The position numbers and the translations under genes were made by a program. A stretch of 64,000 nt of DNA from Eledone cirrhosa (Eukaryota): positions 11,904,001-11,968,000 of the forward strand of contig OZ024740.1 of assembly GCA_964016885.1 (NCBI GenBank), in the 5' to 3' direction. How positions within the stretch are numbered: the first letter of the stretch is position 1; each line of letters starts with the position of its first letter. Positions 11,770 through 24,112 of this stretch are shown piece by piece. Below the pieces are notes generated by a model. That model did not search any database and was not told the DNA's origin. It worked only from the letters and a program-made list of their open reading frames with translations.

Positions 11770-12980
11770 TGAAGATAAGCAAAGCAGCTGGACCTTTGGG
11801 AATAGTTGCTGAGATGTTGAAAGCATCTGGAATGGTGGATCATGCAATGGCCACCCATATTGTAAACCAAGTAATACAAAATGGTGTCATACCCAATGAC
11901 TGGCATACCAGCATCCTTGTCAACAGCTACAAGAGCAAAGGAGATGCTCTAGACAGAGAAAATTATTGAGGCATTAAGTTGGTTGACAAAGTCATGAAGG
12001 TCACAGAAAGAGTTATTGCATAGCTGATTAGGAAACAAGTTTATCTAGATCAAATGCAGTTTGGATTTATGCCAGATAAGAGTACAATGGATGCTCTCTT
12101 CCTTGTGAGACAACTGCAGAAGTACCTAGCTGAAAGTAAACCCTTCTACTTTGCTTTTGTTGACCTGGAGAAAGCCTTTGACAGAGTCCCCCATTCCATT
12201 ATTTGGTGGGCTCTTAGAAAACTTGGAGTAGATGAGTGGCTTGTGAAAGCTGTACAAGCTATGTATAGAGGAACAGTCAGCAAGGTTAGAAGAATTTAGT
12301 GTGCAGGTAGGTGTCCATCAGGGCAGTGTCCTTAGCCCTCTCCTGTTTATTATCACCCTAGAGACTATAATAGAGGAGTTTAAAACTGGCTGCCCATGGA
12401 AACTTCTGTATGTAGATGATCTAATCCTTATAGCTGAATCTATGGCAGAATTAGAGAAGAAATTCCAAACCTGGAAGCAGGACCTAGAATCAAAAGGTCT
12501 TCAAGTTAACTTGTCAAAGACTAAAGTCCTAGTATGTAGAAAAGAAAACAGGACCAGATTTCCTCAGGAAAATGGCCTTGCTCAGTGTGCAGGAAAGGAG
12601 TAGGTAGAAATTCCTTCCTATGCCCTAAATGCAAACTATGGATACACAAAAGATGTAGTGGGATCAAAGGCAGGCTATCAAAGAACATAGGTTTTATATG
12701 CAGCAGATGCACAGGTGCAGCAAGTAGCAAGAGCCCACAGGATACTAGCTCCTTCAAATGCCCAGAGGGCGCTATAGAAATAGTTAACAGTTTCTATTAG
12801 CTAGGTGACCAAATTAGCTAGAGTAAGAACGGGCTGGAGAAAGTTCAGGGAGCTAGTACTGCCACTAGTTACAGAAGGTTTTTTTCCCCTCAAAATGAAA
12901 GACAAATTGTATGATGCATGTATACGAACAACAATGTTGCACTGTAGTGAGACTTGGGCAGTATGTGCAGAGGACCTGTA
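11770..12980 (+). mobile_element. RTE-clade LINE reverse transcriptase fragment (disrupted)
   Basis: QFGFMP..STMDALF, FVDLEKAFDRVP, GVHQGSVLSPLLF, LYVDDL, then the Cys-rich CRKGVGRNS..C..CKLWIHKRCSGI. Several stops and frameshifts. Confidence 0.95.
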
Positions 12981-14500
12981 AGTGAATTTGTTAGGGGAAA
13001 ACTATATGGAAGCCCAGTGTGTGTGTGTCCATGTGTTTGCTTTGTTTATGTCCCACATAAACAAAAGTTCTGCAGATCAGCAGTTTGACATGCAAAGATT
13101 AGTACCTTACTTATAAAAAACAAAAGTGAAGGGATGGCATCAAGAAGGGAACGTGGTCATAGAACACTGCCTAAAACAAACAAAAGTCTCATCCAACCCA
13201 TATCAACTTGAAAAAATAGGTGGGATGGTGTGTGTGTGTAGGTAGTGAACACCTAATATAAATATAGCAAATGTCAAATCATACTGACTAACAGTGAATC
13301 AAGATAAAACTGTACTCTATGTACTGACAGCATGACCAACCAGCACAGGATTAAGTGATACAAGCGGTTATGGGATGGCTGGTTGGTTCACTTAAAATAG
13401 TAGCTACCTAGTTACCTAGGTAACCTAATTAGTGATGAGGTAAGGGGATCAAAAGTATGATGGTGGCAAAGCTACAAAGTGGATTAGAGAAAATTAAGAC
13501 ACAGGACTACTGCTTTATTTACTTAATGGATTTTTGTGTCTATGCAATAGATAAAGTCATACCTGAGTGTGAAGGGGGGGTGTATTAGGTGTGTGTGGTG
13601 TGTGGTGTGTGGTGTGTGGTGTGTGGTGTGTGTGTGTGCGCGCGCGCGCGCGCGAATGCACACATGGTCCAAATGACATCAAGCTGTCTATAGAGAAGAA
13701 GAATCTGTGGTAAATGATAAGAAACCCTTAGCAGGGTTGACAGCAGTCATTTGAGCATCAGGTAGAATATCTTGTCTATTTTCTGGCTCCCTGGTGTTTT
13801 GAATTCAAATCCTAACAAGGTCAACTTTTCAGGGTCAATAAAATAAAGTACCAGTCCATGACAGTGGACTGGTAGAATTGTTAGTGTGTCGAATAAGATC
13901 CCTTTCAGTATCTGACCTGGTTATGTTCTGCTCAAATTCCATCAAGGGAGTTAGGTCCTATCAATGGCTAGGCCTGACCGCCTGACCACAACTGATTATG
14001 AAAGCAGCAGAATAAATACCAGAAAGCATTTTGTCTGGTGATTTAATACTGACCTTTTAGAAATATCAGCAAAATCTCTCAAATATCACCCTACCATTTT
14101 AAAAAAGGAAGGATATATTTGATTATAAGACAGACCTAGATACCCACAAAAGGACAAGATGGTCATGGCAGGAAAACTCATTAACTACACCAACACTATT
14201 TTATAAACTTTACACACTGCTCCAAGCAAACATCATCTTACTGAAAAAGTGATTTTACTAAATTCCTCCAAATTCTTTGAAACAATGACAGAATATTTCA
14301 GTTATAATTTGGTCTCAAAAGGATAAAGATTTTTATTTGATGTTTAGGACACAGGCACATTTTGACATTGAATTTTAGGGTAAAAAAACTGCATTAAAAA
14401 ACTACAGTACATTTGGCTAAAAACCAGTAAACAGTAAGGAAACTATCACTTTATAAACACCACCACCACCACTCTACCCTGGTACATATTCCATTCTACC

Positions 14501-14713
14501 TTAACACTTTATCATTTAAACTGGCCATATCTCACCTCTTTCTGTTTAAACCAGCTGTAACCTACCGCTCATACTGATGTTAAAGTATTGTTCTCAAAAT
14601 AAATAATATCAAAATCTCAGATTCGATATTACGGGAGATATTTATGTTAGGTAAAGTGTTTACCATGAAAATATAATAGTAAATATAGAGCAATGTAAAC
14701 GGTAAAGGGTTAA
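14501..14713 (+). mobile_element. MITE family A copy
   Basis: TTAA...AAAGGG-TTAA ends and a body matching 6120-6331. Confidence 0.75.
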
Positions 14714-16042
14714 GCAGAATGGAAAAATAAAGCCAGCTTTCACAAGAATCCCACCTCTGAAGCAACTACTTGGGTCAATTATGTAAACTAATGTTTTCTG
14801 TAGAACAAAGTCATCAGTGTTAATCAAACAGTAAGCTGATATAGTAACAAGACGGCTAAACTGGAAACAAAAGTAGTAAACAGGTTGGAGAGAGAGAAGC
14901 TACAACAGTTGTCAATCAGTTTAAATACTACAATAATCAATGAACCATGAAATAGGTATTATCATTGTATAAATGATTCAAATGTGGAAATACCAGGAGA
15001 AAATGTCCAATAGAATTATAATTAAGACAACAAATTGGCAGAATTGTTAGAACGTTGGATAGAATAATTTACAGTATTCCTTCAGGTTCTGAGTTCAAAT
15101 CCTGCTGAGGTCAACTTTGTCTTTCATTCTTTCAAGATCAATAATAAAAAAAAAGTACTAGTCCAGTGATAGGGCTATTTTTCTCTATATCTCTCACTTC
15201 CTCTCTCTCTCTTTCTCACTTGTTCCTTCTATAGAAGAAATTGGCTGTGTTCAAACTTGGACAGAGGATGGGCTCCACTAGGTTAAAATGTCCAAGACAC
15301 ATCATATATCACCATGGCACCCCTACACCATCAGGAGTTACAGGTCTATATATATATATATACAATTGTAATTGTATTCAATACATGTGTGAAAGTGATG
15401 TCCGAATGAGTATCCTCCACTACCAACAAACCGTATTGGAGCCCCTTTAGTTCCGATAATTGCTCCAGTTGTTTGACTAATGAAACAGACTGTTCAGGAA
15501 ATTAACATGCAAGTGGCTGAGCATTCCGATTCAGCATGGCACAGTGTGTGGTGTGACAAGGCTGGCCCTTTGTATTACAACTGCCTCTCTCTATCAAATA
15601 TATCATCCACGCCTCTGATGACTATCAGATGTGATACACATTCAAGACAGATCTGGAGACAACAGATGAAATAAACCACATGTTTACTGTTAGGTTATGA
15701 TCTGCTCTTTGATCCTCCCATGGGAACAATGGCAGCAATTGATATAACTGCTACATAAGGAGCTAAAAGAAAACAACAGATAATAATGATGACTACCAAC
15801 TAAATTAAGCAGTAGCTGTTGTGCTGTGTTTGGTTGTTTTTTCTCGCTCCCTCTCTCCATAAAATATGTTGATCCAATCAACAGCTCAGTGAACCATTTC
15901 TGTCAGTGGAAATTCCAATGAGGTTAGAATGAAATTAGATTTAAAACATTAATCTTTCACATAGATTACATGACAAAGAAAGATGGGGGGGGGGGGCTCT
16001 GTATATAATAAAATACTGTCTCCTCAAAGTTACCACTTACCT

Positions 16043-16205
16043 ACTAGTAGTAATAGTGGTGGTGGTGGTGGTGGTTGTGGTGATGGTGGTAGTAGTGGTA
16101 GTCGTGATGATGGGGGTAGTAGTAGTAGTAGTAATAGTAGTAGTAGCAGCAGCGGTAGTGGTGGTAATAGTAGTAGTAGTAGTAGTACTAATAGTAGTAG
16201 TAGTA
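16043..16205. repeat. (AGT/GGT)n microsatellite
   Basis: Seen directly. Confidence 0.95.
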
Positions 16206-16439
16206 AAGATTTGAGAAGGTAGAGTCCAATGTTGACAATTCCATTAATCCCCACCCAACCCCTATACCGGTACTCCCACCCCTACACAGGTATTCCCACC
16301 CCATACTGGTACTCCCACCCAACCCTTATACCAATACTTTATTCTATCAATACCCAAAATGAAAGGTAAAGCTGACCTTGGCAGGATTTAAACTTAAAGT
16401 TCAAAGAGCCATAAATAAACATAAGGTATATCTTTGTCC

Positions 16440-16676
16440 TATAATCACTTCTAGATATATACTCCAAGGTAAGCCGAGTGTGATCACATCTATATATGTA
16501 CTCCAAGGTAAGCTATGTCTATAATCACTTCTAGGTATGTACTCCAATGTAAACAGTATCTACAAGCACTTTTAAATATGTACTCCAAGGTAAACAATAT
16601 CTAAGAGCACTTCTAGATATCTACTCCAAGGTAAACAGTATCTAAGAACACTTCAAGTTATGTACTCCAAGGTAAA
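16440..16676. repeat. Diverged ~41-bp tandem repeat, 6 copies (core TACTCCAAGGTAAAC)
   Basis: ACTCCAAG-like core at 16461, 16500, 16541, 16582, 16623 and 16664. Confidence 0.85.
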
Positions 16677-17406
16677 CTTTATCATCAACCACAACCACAT
16701 CTTCAAGTACTTGGTTCCTCCTATTTTTAGCAATAAGAAAATACCAAAGAAAAATGAAACCTTTGAAATCAATCCATCAGGGACCACCACCACCACAACA
16801 ACAACAACCACACAACCACATCAACAACACAACCACCACCACTACCACCATGGTTTGATGATAGAAAACCTTTTGTTTTAATGTGTTCAATTTTAAATTA
16901 AAACCATCAATCATACCAGAGTCAGAGATACAGCAATGCTATTGGGCAAAGATTAAACCTTGTCATACCAACTTGGCCAAGACCAGTTCTGATTCTATGA
17001 AATAAATCCACCAATTTTAAAAGTTTCCAATTTAAATTAAAATCTTCCAACATAATTTTATAAAATAAATTAAGTTATCTTAGCTATGAAATAATAATTT
17101 AGTTAATAAATTGAAATAGAGTGTATTTCATTAGAAATACAGTCGTGAAAGAGTTAAATATAAGAGCAAGAACAAAAATGGAACTTTTATTCTAAAAACA
17201 TTTAATATCTCTATTTCTCGTTTTATGTGTTTTATATGGTAAGAGGGCGAAAATGTCAAGAAAAATCAGCATTCTATATAAATATATATATATATATGTA
17301 TATATGTGTGTGTGTGTGTGCAAAAAGTAAACAGAAATAACAAAGCAAACAACACTGTATAATGAAGAAATATATTAGTTTTATGCGTGATATAGTAGTA
17401 AAAAAG

Positions 17407-17442
17407 TCTTGACGTTACAGGCGCTAGTCCTTCATCAGAAAA
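17407..17442 (-). ncRNA. Minimal hammerhead ribozyme motif (Penelope-type) with one core substitution
   Basis: Minus strand: TTTT-CTGATGA-AGG-ACTAGCG-CCT-GTAA-C-GTC-AAGA. GAAA is changed to GTAA, and helix III is reduced to palindromic ACGT. Confidence 0.55.
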
Positions 17443-17609
17443 TAGAATGAAAAATTGAAGAAATATATAGCAAGATAGAGGAGAGTGAGCAGTGGCAGAA
17501 TTGAAAAAGATTTCTTAGATAAAAAGCAAGTCTATTCAGGTCACCAAGCGAAATAGGTATCAGAAAAGCTGTACACATACAACCATTGGTTTTAAATGTG
17601 ATATAAGCT

Positions 17610-17758
17610 TAATAATGGTTTCTGATTTAGGCACAAGATCAATAATTTTGGTGGAGGGGAAAGCCAATTAAATTGATCCCAGTACATTACTGGTACTTTA
17701 TTTTATCGACCCCGTAAGGCTGAAAGGCAAAGCTAACCTCGGCAGGATTTGAACTCAG
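17610..17758 (-). mobile_element. SINE S1 copy (truncated)
   Basis: Reverse complement of the S1 core and tail. Confidence 0.8.
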
Positions 17759-18217
17759 TTACTTTACTAAATCTATACAAATTTTCGATTATTTTCAAAA
17801 TATATTTAGAAGAAGAAAAAACGGACTTATACGTTTCATTAGAAATATGATCACAAAGAGTTTAACCTTTTTATACCAGAATATATTTGAATTTGACATG
17901 TAATTCTTTATATCTGTGTGTTATCTTAATTTCTAGTAAAGTACTAGTAAAAGTGAGATGTTTGGAGGTAGGGTGGCTGATAAGACCAAAACATGTCTGA
18001 ATTAGTCACCATACTTGCCAAATATACTGTCCACAGCATGCCATCATTTCAATTTTATTTAATTTTAACTTCTAACATCCCGCAATGAGGAGAAAATATC
18101 TATAAATTGGTTTACAGTAACTTTACTAGTGAACAGATCTTGTTAAAATTAGGAATATTGCAAGAAAGGCTGTTTTTAATGTGATGTTATTTGTGCTAAA
18201 AACAACGTTGCATATGC

Positions 18218-18650
18218 ATCATCATCATCATCATCTGGTTTAACATCATCTTTACGTGTCACAAGCATTGGACATTTTGGTAGCCTCTTTCAAAGCATCT
18301 CTCCAGAGTGTTTGTTCCAGGTTCCAGATCATCCCTGATTACCTCTTCCCAGGTTTTACATGGACACCCTCTTCTCCATGTACCAGGGGGTACATCGATG
18401 TACCCATTTATCATCCAGGTCTTATATAGACCTTCTATGTCTACCAGGGGCCACAACCCACCACTACAGTTCACATGTCCAAAACAGAGTAGAATGCTGG
18501 TATCTTTAATTTTTGGTAGAGGTGCTATATGGACGATCTGAGATTTTGACACCACATATCCAGCGAACCATAACATTGTTCTCATTCCTGGGGGCCAAAT
18601 ACTCCCTATCATTCAACACAGACCGAACACAGGCATTAAACACCCTGTCT
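18218..18650 (-). mobile_element. RTE LINE 3' end with (GAT)n tail
   Basis: FGHVN...VPPGTWRRGCPCKTWEEVIRDDL is the RTE C-terminal WFGHV...GRPRKTW motif. (CAT)n tail at 18218-18235. Confidence 0.85.
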
Positions 18651-18840
18651 CTTGTTTCAAGGGACAGGGAGCTTGAATGGTTGTGAATTTATTACATAAT
18701 GAAAAAAGACAACTTCATTCAAAAAGTATGATGTAAATAAAAAATGTTTAAACTGTCAAACATACATAACAAACATCTAGAAAAGCCAAATATATCTGAA
18801 ACCATCAATATTGTTTTTGATAGTCATTGGTAGCCATTTC

Positions 18841-19484
18841 TTAACCCTTTAGCATTTAAACTAGCTGTATCTGGCCAGAATTCTTTCACCTCTTTCAGTT
18901 CAAACTGGCTGTAACCGGCCACTCATACTGATGTTAAGGTATTGTTCTCAAAATAATATCAAAATCTCAAATTCGATATTATGTGAGATATGTGAGAAAA
19001 TGCCTTTACCATGAAAATACAACAGTATCATCATCATCATTTCATTTTACGTCCACTTTTCCCTGCTTGCAAGGGTGGGACGGGAACTGATTCTGGCTTG
19101 ATTTCTACAGCTGGATGCCCTTCCTAACACCAACCTCATTTACAGTGAGTGCTGGGTGCTTTTTTGCCGTGGCACCTCCATGACCACTTTGCAGTGGAAT
19201 GATAGGGACCCCAGTCCCTATCATCTCATTTCTACAGCTGAGTAAACTGGAGCAATGTGAAATAAAGTGCCTTGCTCAAGGAAACAACACATCACCCGGT
19301 CTGAGAATTGAACTCACAACCTTTCGATTGCAAGGCCAATGCTCTAACCACTAAGCCATGTGCCTCCATGTGCCTCCAGTATATATAGAGTAATGTAAAT
19401 GTTATGTGAGATATTATGTGAGGTAAAGCATTTACCATGAAAATACAATAGTATATATAAAGTAATGTAAATTTAACGAGTTAA
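18841..19484 (+). mobile_element. MITE family A carrying a composite SINE/RTE-tail insertion (19027-19380)
   Basis: TTAA-CCCTTTAGCATTTAAAC start, family body resuming after the insert, and a TTAA end. Confidence 0.7.
19215..19370 (-). mobile_element. tRNA-derived SINE S2 head (CORE/V-like domain)
   Basis: Minus strand GGAGGCACATGGCTTAGTGGTTAGAGC...GAGTTCAATTC...TCCTTGAGCAAGGCACTTTA. Matches 56600-56948. Confidence 0.8.
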
Positions 19485-19590
19485 AAGAAAAAGTGGGGGA
19501 GGGCCTTCACTGACACGTATGTGATTTTCCAACATGCAAATAAACAAACATTTAGAGTTCTCCTTTACACTAGAGAGTTCCTTACTTCTT

Positions 19591-20007
19591 TTAACCCTTT
19601 CATGACTGTATTTCTAGTGAAATACACTGTTTTAATTAATTGTTTCTACTTTTGGCACAAGGCCAGCAATTATCCTAGTGTATTACTGGTACTTTATTTT
19701 ATCGACCCCATAAGGATGAAAGGCAAAGTTAACCTCGGCGGGATTTGAACTCAATCCGTAAAGGGACGTAACTGCGCTGCAAAGCATGGCATCCGACCCT
19801 CTACCGATACTGTTTTAATTAATGAATGAAGAATTTTGAAGATTTTACTGAAATTATTATTTCATTACTAAGATAGTAACTTAATGTAAGGTTCTTATAT
19901 AAAGTTATGTTGGAAGATTTTAATTTAAATTAGAAACTTTTAAAATGGGTGGTTTTATTTCATAGAACCAGAGCTGGTTTTGGTTGGGCTGGTAACTAAA
20001 GGGTTAA
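19591..20007 (+). mobile_element. TTAA-flanked MITE family B with an S1 SINE insertion
   Basis: TTAA-CCCTTT ... AAAGGG-TTAA. Related copies at ~16960-17157 (-), 60267-60501 and 60581-60741. Confidence 0.75.
19641..19808 (-). mobile_element. SINE S1 copy with a 15-bp TSD
   Basis: ACTGTTTTAATTAAT at 19626-19640 and 19809-19823. Confidence 0.85.
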
Positions 20008-20269
20008 AATAAACTATTAGTGGTAGTTTATATGGCTCGGATTTTTTCACTGATGAGGTGCACAATGGTGTTGCGAATTAATTTACATTTTCTTGACCTG
20101 AGTTAATAATGTGTCCTTTAACTAAGTCATGACAAAATTATAACAGAAAATCAAAGAAAGGATTTTAAAAAGGAGACTTATGTACATTATACTTCAACCT
20201 AGTCCCAGTTTTTCTGGCTCTGTATGTTCTGAATTCAAATCATGGTCAAGTTAGGATTTCATCTGATAT

Positions 20270-20680
20270 AATAATGAAAATGATTGTGTACAGTGCTCAG
20301 GTGCACTACAACTCATCAAAGGTGTATGTATAGTATATGGAATAATGTACAAATGTCAGGAAAGTGAAGTGTATGAGTCATGATATACAGAGATGCATGT
20401 GGGCATGTGTATGGAGGAGGAATATCAGGTGTAGTGTTGGCAAATTTCAGGAAGCATGGAACTTTTGAAGGATGCAGTGTCCCGACAGCTAACAACTGAT
20501 GTAGGTAGTTTGTTCAGCAACTCTGAGCATGAAAAAAATGTCATGGGAGCTGTATTGTTTTCTGACTTTGTAAGCACCAGTCCATGGCAGAGGATTAGTG
20601 GAATTGTTGGAACATCAGACAATACACCTTGCTGTATATGTATTGTTTCTTTGTGCTGCATCAAACTGCATTAACAAGAC
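20270..20680 (-). mobile_element. CR1/L2-group LINE 3' end
   Basis: FFS...LNKLPTSVVSCRDTASFKS resembles the CR1-type C-terminus (FF..RV...WN.LP..VV....L..FK). The 3'UTR is repeated at 58730-58860. Confidence 0.7.
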
Positions 20681-21469
20681 ATTGTTGACAGAAAACAGAA
20701 GTATGACTGTACCACATTAAACATCCAAGTTGTTACTATAGTCTAATGCTGCAACTTTTCACAATGATCTGCCCTATAAAGACACTACAAACATTTGAAT
20801 TAAAAACAAAAAAATTAGTTATTTTCTGCTAAATCATAAAAAGATGTTAAAGGTTAATCCTTTGTTGAGTTTAACTCCACCATAAGATCCTTGGGTGCCT
20901 CTAACAGAGTCCATCCTGTTGTAAACATTCAAACTAGGTCTCTGGTTCCAAAATACCTTCACTACTCCAGTCTCAGAGGCCTAAATAAAAGCTCATAAGT
21001 ACTGTCCTCTCCCCCAACTAAACAGTAAAAAAGACATTACTACAGATTTCATTATACAATGTTTGAGTGGAATAGAGTGAGGCAGAGAAAATACATAGTA
21101 AATATTAACTGTAACAGAAGTGAATCTAGTCAGTACAACTTGCTGTAATTTGTGTGTATCTTCTATAAACAGATTCCCTAATCCTCACTGTCAGACCATT
21201 AACAAATATGTCAGCTCTCAGTGATAAGAACTTTCACTAAAACATCAACTGGAATTTTATCTATAAAATCCACTTGGCTTCTTTGAAATATTTGAAAAGT
21301 TAAGAGACCAGCAAAAGTTTGAAGAGTGGGTTCCATGCAAATGTAAATCATGAAAGACTTTAACAGACACATTTGAAACAAAGAAAACAAAGAAGACAAT
21401 GAAATAAGGTAAAATGACTTGAATAAAAAATAGTTAACCCCATATAAAATGGAGACCTGTTACATTAGC

Positions 21470-21760
21470 TTACATATGTACAAAAGAGAACAAGACTGTG
21501 TTGGTGTGGACATGTGATGTGCATGGGTGATGATTACTGGGTGAAGAAGTGCCAGGAAATCCCAAAGGTAGGAAGCTGCAGTAGAGGCAGACCAAGGAAG
21601 ACCAGGGCAGAGGTGGTGAGAGCTTATCTCAAATTGCTGGGACTGGCAGAGATGATGAGAAAGGAATGCAGAGAGTGGAGAGATGCTGTACTGAAAAGAA
21701 CCCAGCCAAACCATGCAAGCATGGAAAAAAACGGATGTAAAAATGATGATGATGATAATG
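21470..21760 (+). mobile_element. RTE LINE 3' end with (GAT)n tail
   Basis: GHVM.MGDDYWVKKC...VGSCSRGRPRKT.AEVV, followed by CCATGCAAGCATGGAAAA..GATGATGAT. Confidence 0.85.
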
Positions 21761-22332
21761 ATATATTCTTTATTATAGCTGTAAAGTGCCACTAATCACT
21801 CTACACTATAGATGTATGGCTGGATGATTAAGGAGTTTGCTTCAGTCCCACTGAAACATCAAGGTTCAGTCATACTATAGCCCCAAGTTGACCAATGCCT
21901 TGTAAGTAGAATTCAGCCAACAGAAACTGCAGAAGCCTGTCTTTCACGTATATGTTTAGGTCATTTTAGGTCATGTAATTTAGAAGTTAAACAAAAAGAA
22001 ATCCAAAAAATACCAGACTTGAAAAAAATATGTACTTGGGTGAATATGATCAAATAAATCATCTAATGTCCATTTTTCCATATGTATATGCAGGTACATC
22101 ACTAATATTCTGGCAATTTATAGTCCAGTACCTCTTTTAATTTGGACATAATTATTGAGTAGACACTTGATTTTTCTACAACCTACCAAAGTATTGGGTG
22201 ATCACAACTAGTACTATTGACTATTTGTAATCATCTAAAAAAACAACTGCTGTAGCTTCAGTGATTTGAGGAGATTTGTAACCTAATTACATTCTACAAG
22301 TGTAAAAACATTTGTACCTTTACATTATTATA

Positions 22333-22528
22333 GGGTGGGGGATTGGCAGTATCAGTAGAAGGTCGGACGCCATGCTTTGCAGCAAAGAGTTACGCCTCTT
22401 TATGGTGAGAGTTCAAATCCTGCCGAGGTTAACTTTGCCTTTCAACCTTACGCGGTCGATAAAATAAAGTACCAGTAATGTACTGGGATAATTGGTGGCC
22501 TTGTGCCAAAAGTAGAAACAATTATTAT
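22333..22528 (+). mobile_element. SINE S1, near full length
   Basis: Matches 10456-10680. Confidence 0.85.
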
Positions 22529-22554
22529 AGGTTTGCTCCCTTTTAGACCCTCTT

Positions 22555-22800
22555 TAAGCATGTGGTTACAATATCTCAGGAAAGAATGGCTGAACAGATT
22601 TTGTGGGCAAAACCAACTGGCAGGAGACCCAGGGGTAGACCCCGAGCAAGATGGTTGGATAACATCCATGAGTTTGGCTGGTCTCGCTTGGGGGATCCAG
22701 CCAATCAGTTGGAGACGATTGTTTCTGAGAGGACCCACTGGAAGGAGTGTTTGAGAACTCTGCCCCCCCCAACGACCCTCTAAATGAATAAGTGGACAAA
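22555..22800 (+). mobile_element. RTE LINE 3' coding remnant (different subfamily)
   Basis: SQERMAEQILWAKPTGRRPRGRPRARWLDNI. Confidence 0.8.
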
Positions 22801-23447
22801 GAAGATATAGTTGAGGTATATAAAGGGAGAGGGCTGCACCTTCATAATTTCTTTTTAAGGAATAAACAAAGGTGTGTTGTGAAGGTTTGTTAGTAAATAC
22901 TTTAACTAGTGGCCCCATGACATCAATAATAACAGTAAATGTATTTAATATATTTCATCTTTTGAGTCCAGAATTTGATATGCCATATATACAAGAATTG
23001 TGTGTATGGCTGTGTGTGTGTGGGGGGGGGGGGGGGGGGGTGTCTGTGTGTGTGTCTGTGTGTGTGTCTGTGTGTGTGTCTGTGTGGGTGTCTGTGTGTG
23101 TGTCTGTGTGTGTGTCTGTGTGTGTGTCTGTGTGTGTGTCTGTGTGTGTGTGTGTGTCTGTGTGTGAGAATATATATGCATTTTATTGTAGCAACATGAC
23201 AAAAAATGCGTAAATTTTAAAGAGTTAAAAACATATATAGAAGATATACAAACACACATGGTGTATTATTATGGTTGTTGTGGCAATCTCTTGGGAATTT
23301 ACACCTATTTATTATTACGTAACATCTGTTAGTCCGGCAAAACTAATAATTTAGCCCAAGTCTGGAATCAAAGGTACCAGAAAATTGATGATATAGATGT
23401 ATATATACATAGGAGGATTGGATTATTTTCAATGACATGGAATCAGT

Positions 23448-23965
23448 ATCATCGTCATTTAACGTCCAATTTCCACGCTAGCATGGGTTAGACAAGTTGT
23501 TGATTCAGATGACTGTGTCTTGTTCATATAGGACTGATTCTGGCAAAGGTTCTACAGCTGGATGCCCTTCCTAACACCAACCACATTACAATGTGTGCTG
23601 GGTGCTTTTTGTCATGACACCTACATGACCACTTTACAGTGTGGACTGGATATGTTTTGTTCACAGTGTTAAGATGGTGTGGACAGGAGTGGGTGTAGTG
23701 ATTAAGAGGTGCCTACTAGATGTATGATTGAGTCTGTGCACATGGGAAGGTGTGTCTTCTGAGAAAAGGAAATTATTACATCAGTTGATCTATGTACTTA
23801 AAAAGATGGGTTTGAATTAAGAAGGGCATCTAGCTGCAGAAACCAAACCAGAAACAGTTCTGTATGAGCAAGCCACAGTCATCTGATCTGGTTTATCTCA
23901 CAACAGGACAACTCATCTAACCCATGCTAGTGTGGAAAAATGGCCGTTAAACAGTAATGATGATG
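23448..23965. mobile_element. Two RTE 3'UTR-type repeats in opposite orientation
   Basis: Minus copy at 23448-23660, plus copy at ~23815-23965. Confidence 0.7.
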
Positions 23966-24112
23966 AACAATTGTTTTCAGTGTCAGAGATAATCAGAGTA
24001 GGGTTAAATGTCATGATTAGAAAACAAGGTTTAGGTTACATAAATGTGGCAAAACAAGGGAGACAACTATAAACACTTAGGTTTCATCGGTGGTCATATA
24101 ACCTTCACCCTT

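Noticed and set aside
19300-19370. tRNA gene
   Set aside because: It is the tRNA-like head of a SINE, continues into the SINE core and has no complete cloverleaf.
20834-20980. Possible minus-strand terminal exon (ASETGVVKVFWNQRPSLNVY...)
   Set aside because: Only 48 codons after a TTTAG, with no recognisable homology or partner exons. Compatible with chance.
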